DNA of 64,000 nucleotides, from NCBI GenBank assembly GCA_051362555.1, contig CM120643.1, positions 15,102,644 through 15,166,643 on the forward strand. Direction: 5' to 3'. The translations under genes and the position numbers were made by a program. Shown here one piece after another: positions 25,826-55,143 of this stretch (position 1 is the first letter of the stretch; every line of letters begins with the position of its first letter). Source of the DNA: Lingula anatina (Eukaryota > Animalia > Brachiopoda). The notes under the pieces are model-generated. The model was not told the origin of the DNA and searched no databases. It worked only from the letters and a program-made list of their open reading frames with translations.

Positions 25826-28800
25826 CTCTTAATATTTCTTACATGATGAATATGAACTAGGTCTGCTTTATAAAATAAAGAATGCTAGCTTAAAATCAAT
25901 CTAAACTGATAAACAAGATAATTCCTTTTAAAAAGAATATTACACCTGTATATCATAACAAAAAGTCATTGCTGATTTTTTCAGACCAGTACTCTGTTAA
26001 AGGGATAACAACTTTTCAGTTTGGAGGGAAAAGTGACATAAAATGTATTTTCCAGTGGTAAATGCCATTTTCCCAGGCTTTCCAATGGTTTATGAATCTG
26101 TTCCCACATTCAAAGTTAGTCGATCATTTTTTTAGGTGTTTTTATTGTAATAATCTCTTTAGAGATTATTATGGGGGAAGCCATCTATGAAGGTGCAGCT
26201 GGTCCACTGGCATGCACAGATTTCGGAATAATTGGAATAACTATTGTATCTCTATGTGTTGTTTACAATGTATTTATTGTGGGATTTTGAATCTCATGAA
26301 GAGTTGTTATCCCTTTCAACTTCTGTGGACTGCTATACACTTGTCTTGAACTTTTTTGACTTAAAGCTTAGGTCTGTTTTTGATCTGAAAACACCCCAGG
26401 CTGTTACACCTATGATATGTCGCACTCTTATCACCATTGGGTTCTATTTCCATATCCTACTGACTGCCGAGATCAGCCTTGCTTCTCAGTCCAAACAAAC
26501 AAACTGAGACAAGATAAAACTTTGGACTGTGACCCCAAGATTTGTCTCTGGGCATTCACCTTCACCAGTGGACCACTACATGTGTATTAACTTTGGCTGT
26601 CAGACATAATATATGTCCAGGGAGGCTAACTGGCTCATTGCCAAGACCTGATCTCCATGCAAGTGTGCATCTATCAAGATAATAACCTCTCCCTTCTTCC
26701 CTTTCCTACTGCAGCCACTCTGTCATCAACTTTACCGATCTATTTTCAAACCATACCTGACCAAGCACAGTGATATACTGCGAAGTAATTTACTAAATTT
26801 TTCAAGCACACTCCAATATGTTACCTTTTTAAAGATGTAGCATTTTTAGACCCTAATGAAAACAAAGCCTTCTGATACAAAGCAAACTACAAAGTAACTT
26901 TTCAAAACTTGTGAATCAAAATTGCAAGTTTCACTGACAAAATATTGTTTAAATTTTATTTTGACTAAATTTGTCTGAATTTGATGACAAATTACTGGAA
27001 GAGTACACTCTAATCTATTGCAGCTACTGAAAGAAACATTAGAACTATAACACTACTAGTACTTAACTTTTTCACTAAAGTCTGGATGTTTTATATTTCT
27101 CTCTCTCTCTGTCTCTCTCTCTCTCTCTCAAAGTCATGTGAGATTTGGCAATATTATATATATATAGATATATATATATGCTTGGATGTCCAGTTTCTTT
27201 CAAGGTGTACCAGTTGGCACTTTGGTTTATTTACCAACACTTATGTACATAAAGCAATTTTATAAATACGAAAACATCAGAAACATATCAACAACACATG
27301 ATTTATTGGTTATCAAGTGATACAATCTGTACACATTGATAATACTGTGGTTGTATTTCTGCAATAAAAAAGAGTTCTCTTGTACTGTATTGTTTTAAGT
27401 GCATGTCTCTTCTATGTTACTGACAAATACATCTGATATTTCTTGCTGTACTGTGTGGTCTGATCTGATAACTTATAATTATCAGGTGTATTCATATACC
27501 AGTGTGTGTCCCCGTTAAGTGTGACCTACTCTACATATAGTAATAAAACACAGGGTGTTGTACACATACTCTCATATACTAAGGGCTAATTCCCACTACT
27601 GAAGCTATTGCTTTGCATAGATCCATCCAACTCCGTGTAGAGTAGACATGTAGTAATAAAACACAGGGTGTTGTACACCTGCTCTTGTACACTACAGGCT
27701 AATTCCCACTGAAACTATCACTTTACATTGATAGATCCAACTCTGCATGGACTTTAGCTGAAAGCAATAAGATCAACAGATTTACATTCCCCCTCTTGTT
27801 TCCAACATAACCAATGCCATTATTGTTAATCTGTTAATAAGATTGCACTCAGCGAGAGTCCCCAAGGAATTGGATCGATCTATGTAGACTGATAGTTTCA
27901 TTGGGAACCGGCCGTAAGTCTACGCATGTTCTGTGTGTTGTACACATACCTCCTCTATTCAGATTGCAACATCATATATATATGTAATACAATTTTTGTT
28001 AGCTTAGATCTGGGTGTATTTTTTCGAATGATCAAAATAACATACATAATCTGATATAGCGGTTTTATACAATTATAGGATTGGGGTGAGGACAGTATGT
28101 TGCTTTGCAGACCTCAGAAAAGTGATATTGACCAAGACAATGCCGGCACAAAGGGTAAAAACCAAAAGACCAAGCAAGCATCTAACAAAGATTTAAGACT
28201 GTCACCTGTTTTCACCTTAAGATCAGGGACAAAGATCATGTCACCTATACCTTACAGCTACTTCACCTGAGAACTCAGGTGCTACAAGGCAATATACTGA
28301 TCACTATCAGACATGGACAAGACTATGGTTACATGGGACTGAACTCTATTTACTTCAACTACTGTGCTTATCACCACCTCTGTATCTTCCCCCCCCCCTT
28401 TTTTATCAATTCATGACTCTTGAACCAACCAACAACAATCACAATTGTTTGAGCTTTATATCGTACAAGCATAAGGAAGTCAATGAAAATAAAGATCGGA
28501 TAAAGAGCAACTTATGCTTGAAGAATGTAAATAAATTAAAAAAGAATGGTCACCTTGATGTTGGTAAAACTTTTCCTACAAAAAGGAAGAGTGCCCTCTC
28601 AGGTGGAAGCTGAATCCTCTTCCTGATGATCCACATAAACTGAGCCACTGAAATATCACTTGGGACAAGAAATTTCCTTTTGTCTATCTCTGCAATGTTG
28701 CTTCTTGGAGCTTTCTCAACCACAACCTGAAAACAGCGTTGGATAGAAGAAAAACTGTTAAAATCTGATTCTGGATACAGACCCAAGTTTAAAGGGACAC

Positions 28801-30835
28801 AAAGAGCATTAAGCCCCTTTAAATGTAGCAAAAAATTAATTTTCCATTTAACCACCAATGTATGTGTATGTCGCACCAAAACTTCACAGAATCATAATCC
28901 GTAAGTCTGTTTTTGATCTTTAACTTTAAATTCATTACCTTTGAGTCCCACTAATAAAACAGAAAGATACTCACAAATATTTCATTGGATATATATGGTT
29001 AAAAGAAACATTTACAATTCAAGAACAGGTTAATTATTATTTTCTCAAAAGGGGTACATCTTGGTGATAATGAGAAAATTGCTATAACTTTCATGATTTT
29101 TCAAAAAAGGTTAATTCTAAAAACATGCTGAACTACATAAATGCTGGCTGAAATATCACTATTTTGTCAGACAGATGAACAGAACATTCACACTTTACAT
29201 ATAATGTTTAAAACAGTTAAACATATATGGTATACACAAACCCAAATGCAGGTTACAGCTGGTTTATGTTGCATAATATATAACATATATTCCTAAATAT
29301 CTATTCAAGTTTTTTTTTAAATAAATTTTTATAAAATTTTTTTTTATTATTCCAAAACAATAAACTACATAATTTTGAGGTAAGAAAGTTCACTCACTGG
29401 AATTCTATCAGGATACTTGGAACGGATTTTGGCAGACTCACATTTACGGGTATCTGAAAAAAATTTTAGTATAATTCATCACTATTCATTCATTCATGCA
29501 GGACAAGAAAAGCATGAACAATTGTATTATATCAAGAGTACAAATAATCAGTTATTTCTTACTATTCTGCATGTCACTGTTAGGGAATCAAATCTTATTA
29601 AAATGCACACATTTTTATTCCCTCCTCCCTACCTCCCAAGTAAGAAAAGATATTCTAAAATCAAATTGGTCATCAGAACTCTTAACTTAAAACCCAAAGA
29701 CATACAGAGGTCTACATTTCAAATTGATGTATCAACACACCCTCCCTTTCATCTAAATCACAAGACTGATCATATTGGCCATTCAAATGAGAAATCACCA
29801 TTTACCTCATCCACAAATAGACCAAAACCTTGTACATGTACATGACTTAATTTCTTTTATTTTGCCTAAGTTGAGAAAATGTCCATTTTATCACTTACAT
29901 AGAGGCCTCCAAAACCTTTTTAAAAATTATGATCATACTTGCATCAGCATTCAAGAAGTGCTTTGCTTAGCATATATCAGACATCTGTAATAGGACTAGA
30001 ATCAGATGATATAAAATAATAACCAAATAATTAAATATCAGACTGGGTGCACTTTAGAAAATACCTTGTCAACACATTTTTGCATCATATTTTTGGAGCA
30101 CAGCAAAAAACAGGTTCCCTGCTATTCGTTTTGCATGGACTCAGGAGAACAAACATGCAACCCTATATAGGAAATTGTTATTTGGAATTGTGGCCAGAAT
30201 ACCAACTCATACAAAGGCCCTAGCAATGGTCATTCAGTTATATGCCCTAAAATATTATCTTAGGTAATTCTAGATTAATCTTAAAAGGGTGAGATTACTA
30301 TATAATTTAAGTATAAATATTAATGATATAATTTTTTTAATTAAATCTAACCATTATGTTGCTGTACTGTATTACAAATGAACAATTCTGAAATCTGGAA
30401 AACATTAATCATCAAATATGCACGATGATAACTAAACCAGTCAATGACATATTCTACAAGTGAAATGGTTCAACAAAAACTGCATTTTATTTTTTTATCA
30501 CGATTTAGTCTAAATTTTAGAACTTCCTCATATGTATCAAAACATAACCAAAACAATTAAACGATTTATAGCAGCACATGCATACTGTCACACTATTCTA
30601 ATAGAGTGAAAGCATCATGGTCATTTATTAATCTAATTTGTACAATCACCATAGATTCACTGTCAAATCTTGTTAACAAACAAGGGGGAATTCCCATCCC
30701 AACCTGGCCCTTTTTTTCCGTGTAAAACGGGGTTTCCTTCTCACTTCATTCCATACTATCCATAACACTATCATGTTCATATTCTAAGAACTTATACTTA
30801 CCAAATGTGTTCTCTTCCTTAAACTTGAACTTCAT
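25428..30835 (-). CDS. GABARAPL2: GABARAPL2/ATG8-family ubiquitin-like autophagy protein, copy 1 (canonical-type, 116 aa)
   Basis: Exons 30835-30802 (34 nt), 29453-29398 (56), 28726-28554 (173), 25515-25428 (88), all GT-AG. Protein [116 protein letters not shown]; [15 protein letters not shown] and [11 protein letters not shown] are GABARAPL2 signatures. Confidence 0.96.
25771..25820. repeat. (AT)n microsatellite
   Basis: ~25 AT units. Confidence 0.95.
26340..26660 (+). mobile_element. Possible decayed non-LTR retrotransposon C-terminal fragment
   Basis: [10 protein letters not shown] resembles LRSVYDLLP, and the sequence near 26618-26650 resembles QGRYTWRHDQVL of REL-endonuclease LINEs; heavily disrupted. 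Confidence 0.2.
27538..27960. repeat. Intronic ~113-bp tandem duplication plus inverted copy
   Basis: TAGTAATAAAACACAGGGTGTTGTACAC at 27538 and 27651; 27868-27905 is an inverted copy of the TGAAACTATCA..GATCCAA segment. Confidence 0.65.
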
Positions 30836-30904
30836 TTTATAGTGTAATTCAATATAACTTCGTAGATCCGAACAAGAATCTGTACCTTCGACCAGATGTA
30901 AACA

Positions 30905-30970
30905 CTTCCCTATGACGTCATCGTCCGACGTCATGATCACGAGAAGTCTCGTGAGTCAGGCATGTGTAAA
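30905..30970. promoter_or_regulatory. Proximal promoter of GABARAPL2 copy 1 (CRE, inverted repeat, AP-1)
   Basis: TGACGTCA 30913-30920, a second GACGTCA, TCACGAGA-AG-TCTCGTGA 30937-30954 and TGAGTCA 30952-30958, ~80-120 bp upstream of the ATG; homologous to 37100-37160. Confidence 0.6.
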
Positions 30971-33677
30971 CGATAACAGAAATTAAAACATGCTTCCCCA
31001 ATTTATGATAAATCTTTTTAATATTTAAAATCATGGAAATCTAATGATAAAATGTAGATGATTTGAAGTAATAGAAATTATAAACTGATATTTCTGAGAT
31101 CGATATGGGACGGTTTAAGTCGGAGGGGGGGGGGGGCGAGTAGAGGTGAAAATGCCATGGGGAGGGGGGTCTGGAAATTTTTAAGCAAAAATCTTGAAAT
31201 CTTGAAATTTGAAAATGACAGAAAAGAGGGGTCTTGAAAAAAGTAATTTTGGCTACATATATGAATTGAAGTTTTTTCATCTTTTAATTTTCTTTAAACT
31301 TCCCTTAAAATTTTCATTTATAATAATTAAACTGTTTTTATATATACCATGCAATACCTTTTCATCATGCAAAATATAAATGAAGTATCATATGGTATGG
31401 GATGTTTGACATTGACCCAATTTTTTTGGTATATTTTATGATTTATACACCATTGCTCATACAAAGTGACTAGAATACATGTATGTATGTAAAATATCAA
31501 TTAACTAATCTTGCCATGCAGTGATCAAATATTTTTTTGACTTTCTTTTCACGCTTCTCATTTTCTTTTATAAGAATGAATGGGACAAACTGTATAGTAT
31601 TTAATCCCGTTTTATTATAAAGCACCTACATGTACTGTAGAGGTAAAAATCAACAATGTTTATATTCAATTTTTTTCTTTGTAAAATTATTCTACGTTTC
31701 ATCCAGTTTTTTTTAAAAATCAAGTCATAAGGCACTTTTGTAACTTGCTTAACAGGCCAATTTTATAATTTCTATTTTTTATTGAGACGCACGTGGGGGG
31801 GGGGGGGGGGGGGGGGATTTTCAATCAATCCAGAAGGGGGGTTCTGAAAAAATTAAATTTTTCTCTTTTGGATCAAAGGCATTTTTCTCCTCCAACCCAC
31901 TTTGACTTAAATAAAGACCCATCTCTAAAGTTGGTTTACAAAACTTAATTTCTAAAGGCACATTGAGCAACAATTTGTTATGATCATTAATTGTTCCAGT
32001 TATATTTTTGTTAAACCTGAAATTGCCCCGCTTTCAACAAAAGAGAATTGTTTTTGTGTACCTTTTGTATTTGTCACCAAACATAACTGGTTCTCTGGAT
32101 AGGACAACAAATTATAGTATTCTTGAAGATATAACATCATATGTGTGCTGTTTTGTCATCATGTCTTATTTTCTTTTTTGTATTGCAAATATGGAAGTGG
32201 CTCAGACTCTTTCCTACATCTCCCTCCCTCTGGTTCCTCTTTCTCTCTCACACACACCTAGCTGTATGGCTTTCAAGTTTGTGAATTTCATGAAATGAGA
32301 ACATGTAAAATGATTAAAGTTAAATACTTTTGAAAAAATGTTTTAATTTTCTATTTTGTAGATTATTATGCTACTGAAAACTATTCTTTCTAGGCTTGTT
32401 AAAACATGAATTGGATTTCAAACGGACTTTTTTGCATAAAATCAGCTCTAGATACACTTGAAGTGTATATTTCTCACATGATTTGAAATTTATTTCTCAA
32501 AACAAAAACCTCAAGTCTAAGTGCTTCAGTTATTAGCTGAGATATTCCACTGTTTCTAACACCCTAGCTATAAGTGTGAAATTTTACTCAATTCAAAATC
32601 CTAGGGCTTTCAGTTTGTATAATTTCCCCCGCACAGCAGCTCGGTGTCTTCTCTGCCATTCCTTTGGTTCATGCCGAAGCCACACTCACTCCTGCAACCA
32701 AGGAGCACTGATGTCCATTGAATTTTTGACTGCTGGTACCCCTGTCTTTGCCTCACCTATACTGTAGTTGATTGAGCAAATATATGATTTTATGTGGAAA
32801 GTGAGTCTCAGCATGATTTTAAATGGAAGTCAACAAGTTTGCCTTCATGCAGCTAACATTTACGTTTTAAGAAAATTTGCAGTAATATTATGGTCGGTAG
32901 TCAGATTTCCCTGAAATTTCATAAATTTCACTTAGGTTCTTAATTCATACTAAAGAGTTTAATTTGGGAAAAAACTGAAACATTCCCTTCAATTATTGTT
33001 TTCCCAGTACTAATAAATTTCTTTTAAGGGGATATAAATGACACTGTCAAGTCTTCTGAGCGCCTTATAATTTGGTTTCTTATAATTATAAACTTTACCA
33101 CAAATTGATGATAACCAGGTCTGTAAATTCACTGTAAAAGTCTGAGAAGAATTTCATCAGCTGTGTTATGTTATAAGAATGAAGTAACTTTTCTTCAGTT
33201 TTATTTCCAATCTCTCGATATCTAACAGAACATCTTCATCGAAATATTGGAGGTAAAACAATATTAAGCTGTTGACTAAAGAAAAATTACTTCATTAATT
33301 CTCACTGTAAAAGGTTCTAATAAGCAAAATTGAGTATCTTAATTGTAGTGATATTCTGTAAGGATCGAGTGTTGCCGGAATGACATCTGCCACTCCCCAA
33401 ATACTTAGAAAAAACTCACTACAGGTAAACTCACTGTCTGTTTTGAGACTGCATGTCTACTGTCAGCTGCAGCATTTGGTTGGCAATGTGTTGAAAGGAT
33501 TAAAAAAACAATAGTCAAGTTAAAAAAAGGTCAAGTTTAATATCTCCTTTTTCTACAAAAATAACATTTGCTCATTGCTAAAAATTTAAGGTGGCAGGCC
33601 GCTTACATAAGATGGCACAAGCTCAATTAGGTGTAGTGCCATATAAAAACAGGCCATGGAGAATACTGGGCGTCGTC

Positions 33678-36960
<3,283 letters not shown>

Positions 36961-37381
36961 TTTATGGTGTAATCCAGTATAACTTCGTAGATCCGAACAA
37001 GAATGTGTACCATCGACCTTCCCTGTCACGCTGCAGTGATTTCAGAAAAAATAGCTGACTACAGACCGGTCAAATTGGGTCAACCCAGGTCATCCACTAC
37101 AACGTCATCCGCATCGTTCGACGTCATGATCACGAAAAATCTCGTGAGTTAGGCATGTGTAATCGATGAACAGAAACAAAAACGTGCTTTCAACGTTATT
37201 TCCCCATCAAATATTTCTTTAAACAAAACGTTTTTGATATAACTTGCTAATATTTTATTCTAAGTAAAATTTGCAAATGAAATATAGATGATTTATTGAG
37301 AAATTAAGGTTAAATAAAAATTTAACTAAAATCTGAGATCGGTAAAGTTGGTTTACGGAAAGGCACACGGTGACCTCTACA
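36961..37381. promoter_or_regulatory. Bidirectional promoter between GABARAPL2 copy 2 and PRP4 kinase
   Basis: Divergent ATGs at 36960 (-) and 37382 (+), 421 bp between them; GACGTCA and TCACGAAAAATCTCGTGA elements; YY1-like AATGGCG at the PRP4 start. Confidence 0.7.
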
Positions 37382-48502
<11,121 letters not shown>

Positions 48503-51097
48503 TCATCTTGAGAGAGCCAGAGATAATATTATGACAACTGGAATCAGGTTTGATTGGTGATAAAGGTTGTACTGATCAAAAATTAGGAAGTTTTTGTTCT
48601 GACTTATTGGTTGAAATGCATTATGACAATACAAAGAACGGAATGAGGTTTTCTTTCCTCTTCTATGATTGAGTGAAAGCATTTTGAACAAAGTGCAGAC
48701 GTTTAAAATCTGAAAATACACAAGTGCTGAAACTATTGCCTCAAAACAATGGACCAGCTGATGGAGGTCTTTGACTCTTATAAGACAAAGAATTATATTT
48801 GTATGATGAGAAGATAGACATTTCATTATTGTATTTTTGTGTAAAACATTGATGTGTGAGATGTATGCATTTTTCAGGTTCTCTGACCATGAAGTAGCCG
48901 TAGGAGATCAAAAGTTTATCAGGTCTATTCAAAATGGGATACAGATCTTGAACTGTGCATACATTGTCACCATGATAGTAATCTGACTTAAAGTTGTCCA
49001 TTCCTTCTTTGACAATTTCATGCTGTGTTGATAGAGGGTGCTGCAAGCAAGAAAAGCTGGCAGGATGACTCGAATTTGATGGGGTCACAGAAGGAGTTGA
49101 GACTTCCTCAATGGCCATTTATTTTTACATTTTATTTGTTATGTTACCATTTTATGATTGATGTACTTCACATGTTGTAATACTTGGAAAGCTTGGTTGT
49201 TTAGTCAGTTAGAAACAGATTAAAGTAATTGTAGTCTATGAAATGTAATGATTTATTTCCCATCTGTTTAAATAAACTTAATGGTTCAGGAAAAAGTTTA
49301 TAAGTTTTTGTGCTGTCTTCAACATAAAAAATCAACTTCTTGCGTTTTCTATGTTGCAGTGTCAAGTTTCATCCTGACAATGAATGACCTGAAAAATGTT
49401 TTGCAGTATAGAAAAATTGTTAAGAAAAAGTTTAAGGGTTTAGCACCTAGATCTTAAGAAGTTGATTTTTTATTGTTGTACAAAAATATTAAAAATTTTA
49501 GTAATCCATTAACATCTACCAGCAATGTCAATGTTAAATCTCCTTTTTTTTTTAAAAAAAGAAATGATAATCCAGGGATTTTTACACAACCAATCTTTTC
49601 AAGTTATTGATTTAGTTTGATTTGTATTGTAAGATCAATTTAAATGCTTCTGCGATTCTTGTTTCACAGGTACGCTACTAGTTTTCCCTGACTGTGGATG
49701 GAGAAATCAATTCTAGCAGTAGAATAAAAGGCAAAATGCTGCTTTTTGAAGCGGTAATATACTTTGTTTGTGTCATACTGTTAGTAAATCCATACTTCAT
49801 GTAGAAATTTGATTTGATAACTTGACAGGTGTACAAGCTACATGTTGAGTTTACTAAGTACACTAAAAAACTTTTTAGTTACTTTCATGTAGCACAAATT
49901 TTATTAACCAACAAAACAAAAGAACACTTTTCTGAGCAATTTTCTAATTTATTGTCCTCTTTTGCTCCTGTCGGCTGAAATATTCCGGAGCCAGGGGTTT
50001 TGAAGGCCCCTCCACATTGTTTGTACACCGATGCCATTGGCACTTGGTCTCGTAATGCTGAAGCAGGCAAATAGATGGCACCACAGTCCTGTGTTGCTGG
50101 CAGAAGATCATGAACATGAACAGAGTATGGAAAAAGCAAACATAGATATTTTTTTTATCATAAATTAGTTGAATAGGAGTTGACACCCTTTCAAGTGCAT
50201 GAAAATATGAGACACAATTATTTGTTTTCTTTTTATTAATGTATTTTGCATGGATATTTTTTTTAAAGTTACCTAAAGCAAATTGAAAGAATCTAGTAGT
50301 CTTTGTGTGCTGTTGAGTCAGCTTATTATTAAAGAATTTAGACTGCTATTATTTCAACCGAGAGCAAGGTTATTATAAAAAAGTTATTGGTGAATGATAA
50401 ATTGGCTGTGTAGATTTTAACAGACTTAAATATATGGATATGTAGTAATTTGCCTAAATGAATAGTTCAAACCTGGCAAAAAGATATTGAAAACTACCCA
50501 AAGGGTTGCATTTGGACACATGCTGAGAGACAAAAAGAAAAACGATGTCACTGGTTTTTAAATGGCTCAATTCTTTAAGATTATCTTAAATCAACCTAAA
50601 AATTTATGAGAGAGATTGGTAAAACTAACAAATAAATGAGTTGAGTGGAAATTAACTTCATTCTAGACAAGGTTTTGATTTTTCTTTTAGATATGCTAGC
50701 AGAACCATAGATGAAACCAGAGGCTTTGAGACGGAAGACCGAAGACAAGACAGGACAGCTTCAAGGTTGACCTTAGTTTAAAAAGTGTCTTACCATGTGT
50801 TTTTACATGAAGATTAAGTTATATCTGGCAATTGCATGGTATTACTTTTAAAGAAACTTTGTATGCAAGTTGTCAGTTGAAAATTATGTTTTGTTTTTTC
50901 CCTACTGTGGCTTAATTATATTGCCAAAGGAAAGATAGCTGGGAAAAATGTGTTCTTGGGAAAAAAAAAATCTTGATGAGGTTTTTCTGTATTATTTGAT
51001 ACTGAAGGTATGTATCTTTCCATTTTTTAGTTACATTAATAAACAATATGTATAAACAAATTATATTTCTTAACTGTGGCGTTATTTAAATACTTAA

Positions 51098-51726
51098 AGC
51101 AATAATAACTCTTCCTTTGAGATTCAAAAATCCGCATGAAATACATTGTAAAAAACGCATGGAAATATATTCTATTGTATTTTACCACTAAAACGGCCGT
51201 TATTGTAGGAAAACTAAAACCTGTGATTGTCAATAGGGCTTACGATGCCTTTTTTCCGGTCGACAAGTGCATTCGTTGCTAATGACGTAATGGTGTCAAG
51301 CGGATTCTCGCGTTCATTCGAGACCAAAATAACATGGCGCCAAACGCATTAGTGCAGACGCAGACGTAAGTTGCGAGTTTTTGTACAGTGCGTCGGATAA
51401 CGAAAAGCCCAGAATGGCACACATTGTGGATATAAATGCATTTTTAACAAAAAGACGAATATATCTCATGAATCTTATATAGTGTTGGTGTTGTCTGCTT
51501 TTCCCGCGGTTTTAAGTAGGTCACCAGTGACTTTGCAATGTCAGAGAGAGCTCCGTCAGTTAAAATCTCTTAAGAGATTTTAACAAAAAACCGTACGTTT
51601 AGGAAAAAAACCCTGGATTAACTTTGAATGCAGGAATGGGGTCGTTGGCCATTGGTAAGTACGGGAAAATTGCCGTTTTTTCCAGGAAAATCCAATTTTT
51701 GGCCAAAACGAAGAGTTATTATGACT
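51098..51726. mobile_element. Non-autonomous TTAA-flanked TIR element (Kolobok/Crypton-type)
   Basis: TTAA|AGCAATAATAACTCTTC ... GAAGAGTTATTATGACT|TTAA; CpG-rich interior. Confidence 0.75.
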
Positions 51727-54700
51727 TTAATGTGTCAAAATCTAATATTAGTTTTGCTTCAATATTTGAGTGTGACACCCCATGGCATGAAGTTGGTGGC
51801 ATAAGCCAGGCAAATGATTCATTTCCTTCATTATATCAACAGATTAAAATTGCACATTTTAATGGAATAAGGGGCAAATCAAAGAAATAAGTAGTCGGGT
51901 ATTTAAATTAAAATCAGAAGATTTATTTAAGAAAAGCCATGAGCTGTCACTTGAAATACTATGCTACATTGGTGCTTTTTACAACCCATTTCAAAATTCT
52001 TACGATTTCAAATATAACCAACATAGAAATGCAATTCTTATTGGTATTAGTACTTGCTTTTTTTCTTTCTAAAACATTCATTCATTGAAACCTGGAAAAG
52101 AGCTCAGTTGTAGGAATTGCACCCAAATGTTCTTTTTGATGAGAACAGTTCTATGAAATCCTGTTCTGTTGTAGCTGCTGGCAAATGAAAACTTTGAAGA
52201 TGTCAAGAATAAAACCCCTAATTTTGAATTTGCATTTTCAGGAGTAAACAACAATTAATGCCTTTTTTTTTTTCACTTTTAGAACAATTTTACGAATGCA
52301 GTGTTTATATTTACTGATATAACTTACAAGAAGCACTTGTCCCGGAATTCTAACCTTTGACAAACATCTGCAATATCATCCTCTACATCCTAGACATTTG
52401 AGATTCTGCAGCCTTTACTGGCTTATTTTGTGCACCATTTCAAAAAGTTTTGATGTAAAGAAAGGAAAAGTATTGCAGGTGTCTGCAGGTTTTTATTCTT
52501 AATATGTCATCAAAATTCATATTAATTATATAGTTTTCATAACCTTGTTTTTTTATCTTTTCAGGTAGGTATACAACTTCCCCCCAAGGAAGACTTTGCA
52601 ATTGTAGACGGCTTCTCCCAGCAGACCCTTCTTGCTTAACAGAAAAACTTTTAAATATAATTTAACTTAATTTTAATTTCAAAGAAGCATCTTTTTTACG
52701 CGCTCAGAAAGTAAATTGTTCATTTCTTTACATCTTCATTTGTATCATGCATAAACAGAAAAATTCAGGAAAAATGCCTCATCTTTGTAAAATGGGTGCA
52801 GACTCCAGTGCAAGTGTTTTTTCATAATGTGATTTATATAACATTATTTATGCATCAAATATGATATTTCCTTATGGTCAGTGTCAGCTGTGTTGTTATA
52901 AGTTGTCTGGTGATTAAACTTTTCAAAAGAAAATAAAATACTGTCTTTGTTAAATTTATTTTTTTTTGCCAGTAAAGTTATTTTTTAAATCACGGTTTGT
53001 CAGTGGACGTACATCTTTTAAAAGTTCTTCATAAATATTGATGATCACAGGGAAGCGAGAGCAACTGATTTCAGTTCTCCAAATATTTAGAAAAAAAAAA
53101 GTTTGATAGTAATAATTTAGTAAATAATTTCATTGGGAGCAATTGGCTCATTTTACAAAAAAAAAAAAAAAAAAATTCATTTTATTCTTCAAGTTAAAAC
53201 CCAACTTCAAAGATCTTTTCTAATCATGGTATTGCTGCTTTCATGATTTTGCCCATTAGAAAAGCTTTTAGAATGAAAAATATCAAGTTCAATCATACAA
53301 CCAAATGAAAAAATCCACCTTTATTACATATACAGAAGTTTACATGGCCTTGAAATAACTTTAAAATGATTCTTTCTCTATCTCATAGACTTATCATGCT
53401 GTTTATGCCTGGATAAAAATTTCTGAATTAAAATCTTATTTTCCACTCGCATCTGCTAGACTGTAAAAGGAAAATAACTAGAAAAAATTACAATGCCCGT
53501 GCAATACAATTTAAATGATTGAAATATTCAGAGCATCACATATATGGAGGCATTGTTAAATAAATGATATTAAAATACCACTGGCCAAGACTTTTTTTGT
53601 ACTGCACATCTCCGATCAATTGAAAAGAAATAACCTAATGTACAAATTTTCATATTTCCAGCAGGTATTCAACCCTTCATAGGCAGGATCCCCTAGTTTA
53701 ACTGACATTTGCCCAATTCTTTATAGCCAACTGGTTTACCATATCACTTGATGACATACTATATAAATGCATATCTCAATTCCTGCTTTAAAAGGATTTT
53801 ATGAACGTAAATAAATGTCACAGCATGCAATTTTGACATCAACCCAAAAAATTACTTTCAATATAAATCATAAAGTCCACAGGACAAAACTAGAGGACAA
53901 CACAGTCAGATTTATAATCTGACCATGAACTGCCCTATTGACCAAATGCATGTAGTTCTACAGTGGATGTTACAGACCATTTACAGTGTACACAAATTCA
54001 CACTTACATACTGACTGGACTTCCCACCCAAGGTGTGTTTCACACGAAAACTTAAAACAAAAATTGGTATTAACTTTTAGTCTAGAGCAAAATTTTTGTC
54101 TCCTGTGACCCAAGAAATAAATATCCATAACAGACCAACTTGATGGAATATTGTACCTGCTGTATAGCAAGTTTCAGACCAATATTTTAAGTAATAACTC
54201 TTATGGATTCAGCAGAAGCGGACCAGTTTTATGGTCTACAACCTACACCAATTTTTGAAGAAGTTCTTAAGTCAAACTTGCCTCTGGTCTACACCACAGA
54301 TATGAAAACTACGCATTTTTGAATTTTTGTTTCACCTAGCTGCCAATTACAATACTTCAATTTCTGACATGTTTTAGCAGACACCTATGAAAAGAAGACC
54401 TTTCAACTGTGCAGAGTACAATATTGCAGCATATATTATACAATTGGCTGATATGTTGAATGCATCTGGATAATTAAGACAATGACTTCTTATCACAAGA
54501 TGTCTAATTTGAACAAGAGGACAAAAATAAGACCCGGAACATACATGGCAAAATTTCTCATGGACTTCCATCAAAATTCTCTCTCCCAGAATGAAAATGT
54601 AATTTTTTTATCATGATACACTAAAACTGTCAGCACTTACACACACAATAAAAACAGCCATCCTACTCCTCATTGCAAATTTCCAAGATGCAAATCTTTT

Positions 54701-55143
54701 CAACCTACATCACAAACAGCTGAAAACATCACTCACTTGGTATGTTATATTTACCTAAGGCTCAATACTTATTGCTCTGAATGCCAACAATAATCATGAA
54801 TTCACACTGAAATCCGACTTAATGATATGGCTATTTCTAAAGGCAAACAGTGTTAACCAATGAAAAATCTCAAGCCAGTCATTTGTAGCAGCTACTCACA
54901 GCGCAACAGATAAATCTGATCAGACGCGACAGTCCAGCGACAATAAAAAATGTCTGCGTTTCCACGATAAAATTCCACTGTATGACAATAATGAATTAAT
55001 ATTGTTCATGCATGACTAGGGCATAATTCTGTACATCTGCCCCATCAGAGGGAATACATCCAGATTTACACTTGCACTATACATGTTGGCCACTGACCTT
55101 TGACCTGACCTTCAACATAACCTTGACCTGACCCTGACCTTAT

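Noticed and set aside
30802-30835. N-terminal ENTF(G) echoing the C-terminal ENTFG of ATG8
   Set aside because: The Gly exists only in the unspliced frame; a four-residue match is compatible with chance
33028-33549. Possible TIR element (AAGGGGATAT...ATATCTCCTT)
   Set aside because: The inverted match is too short and has no intact TSD
49940-50780. Exon-like segments and short ORFs downstream of PRP4
   Set aside because: No consistent frame or domain; possibly alternative 3' UTR
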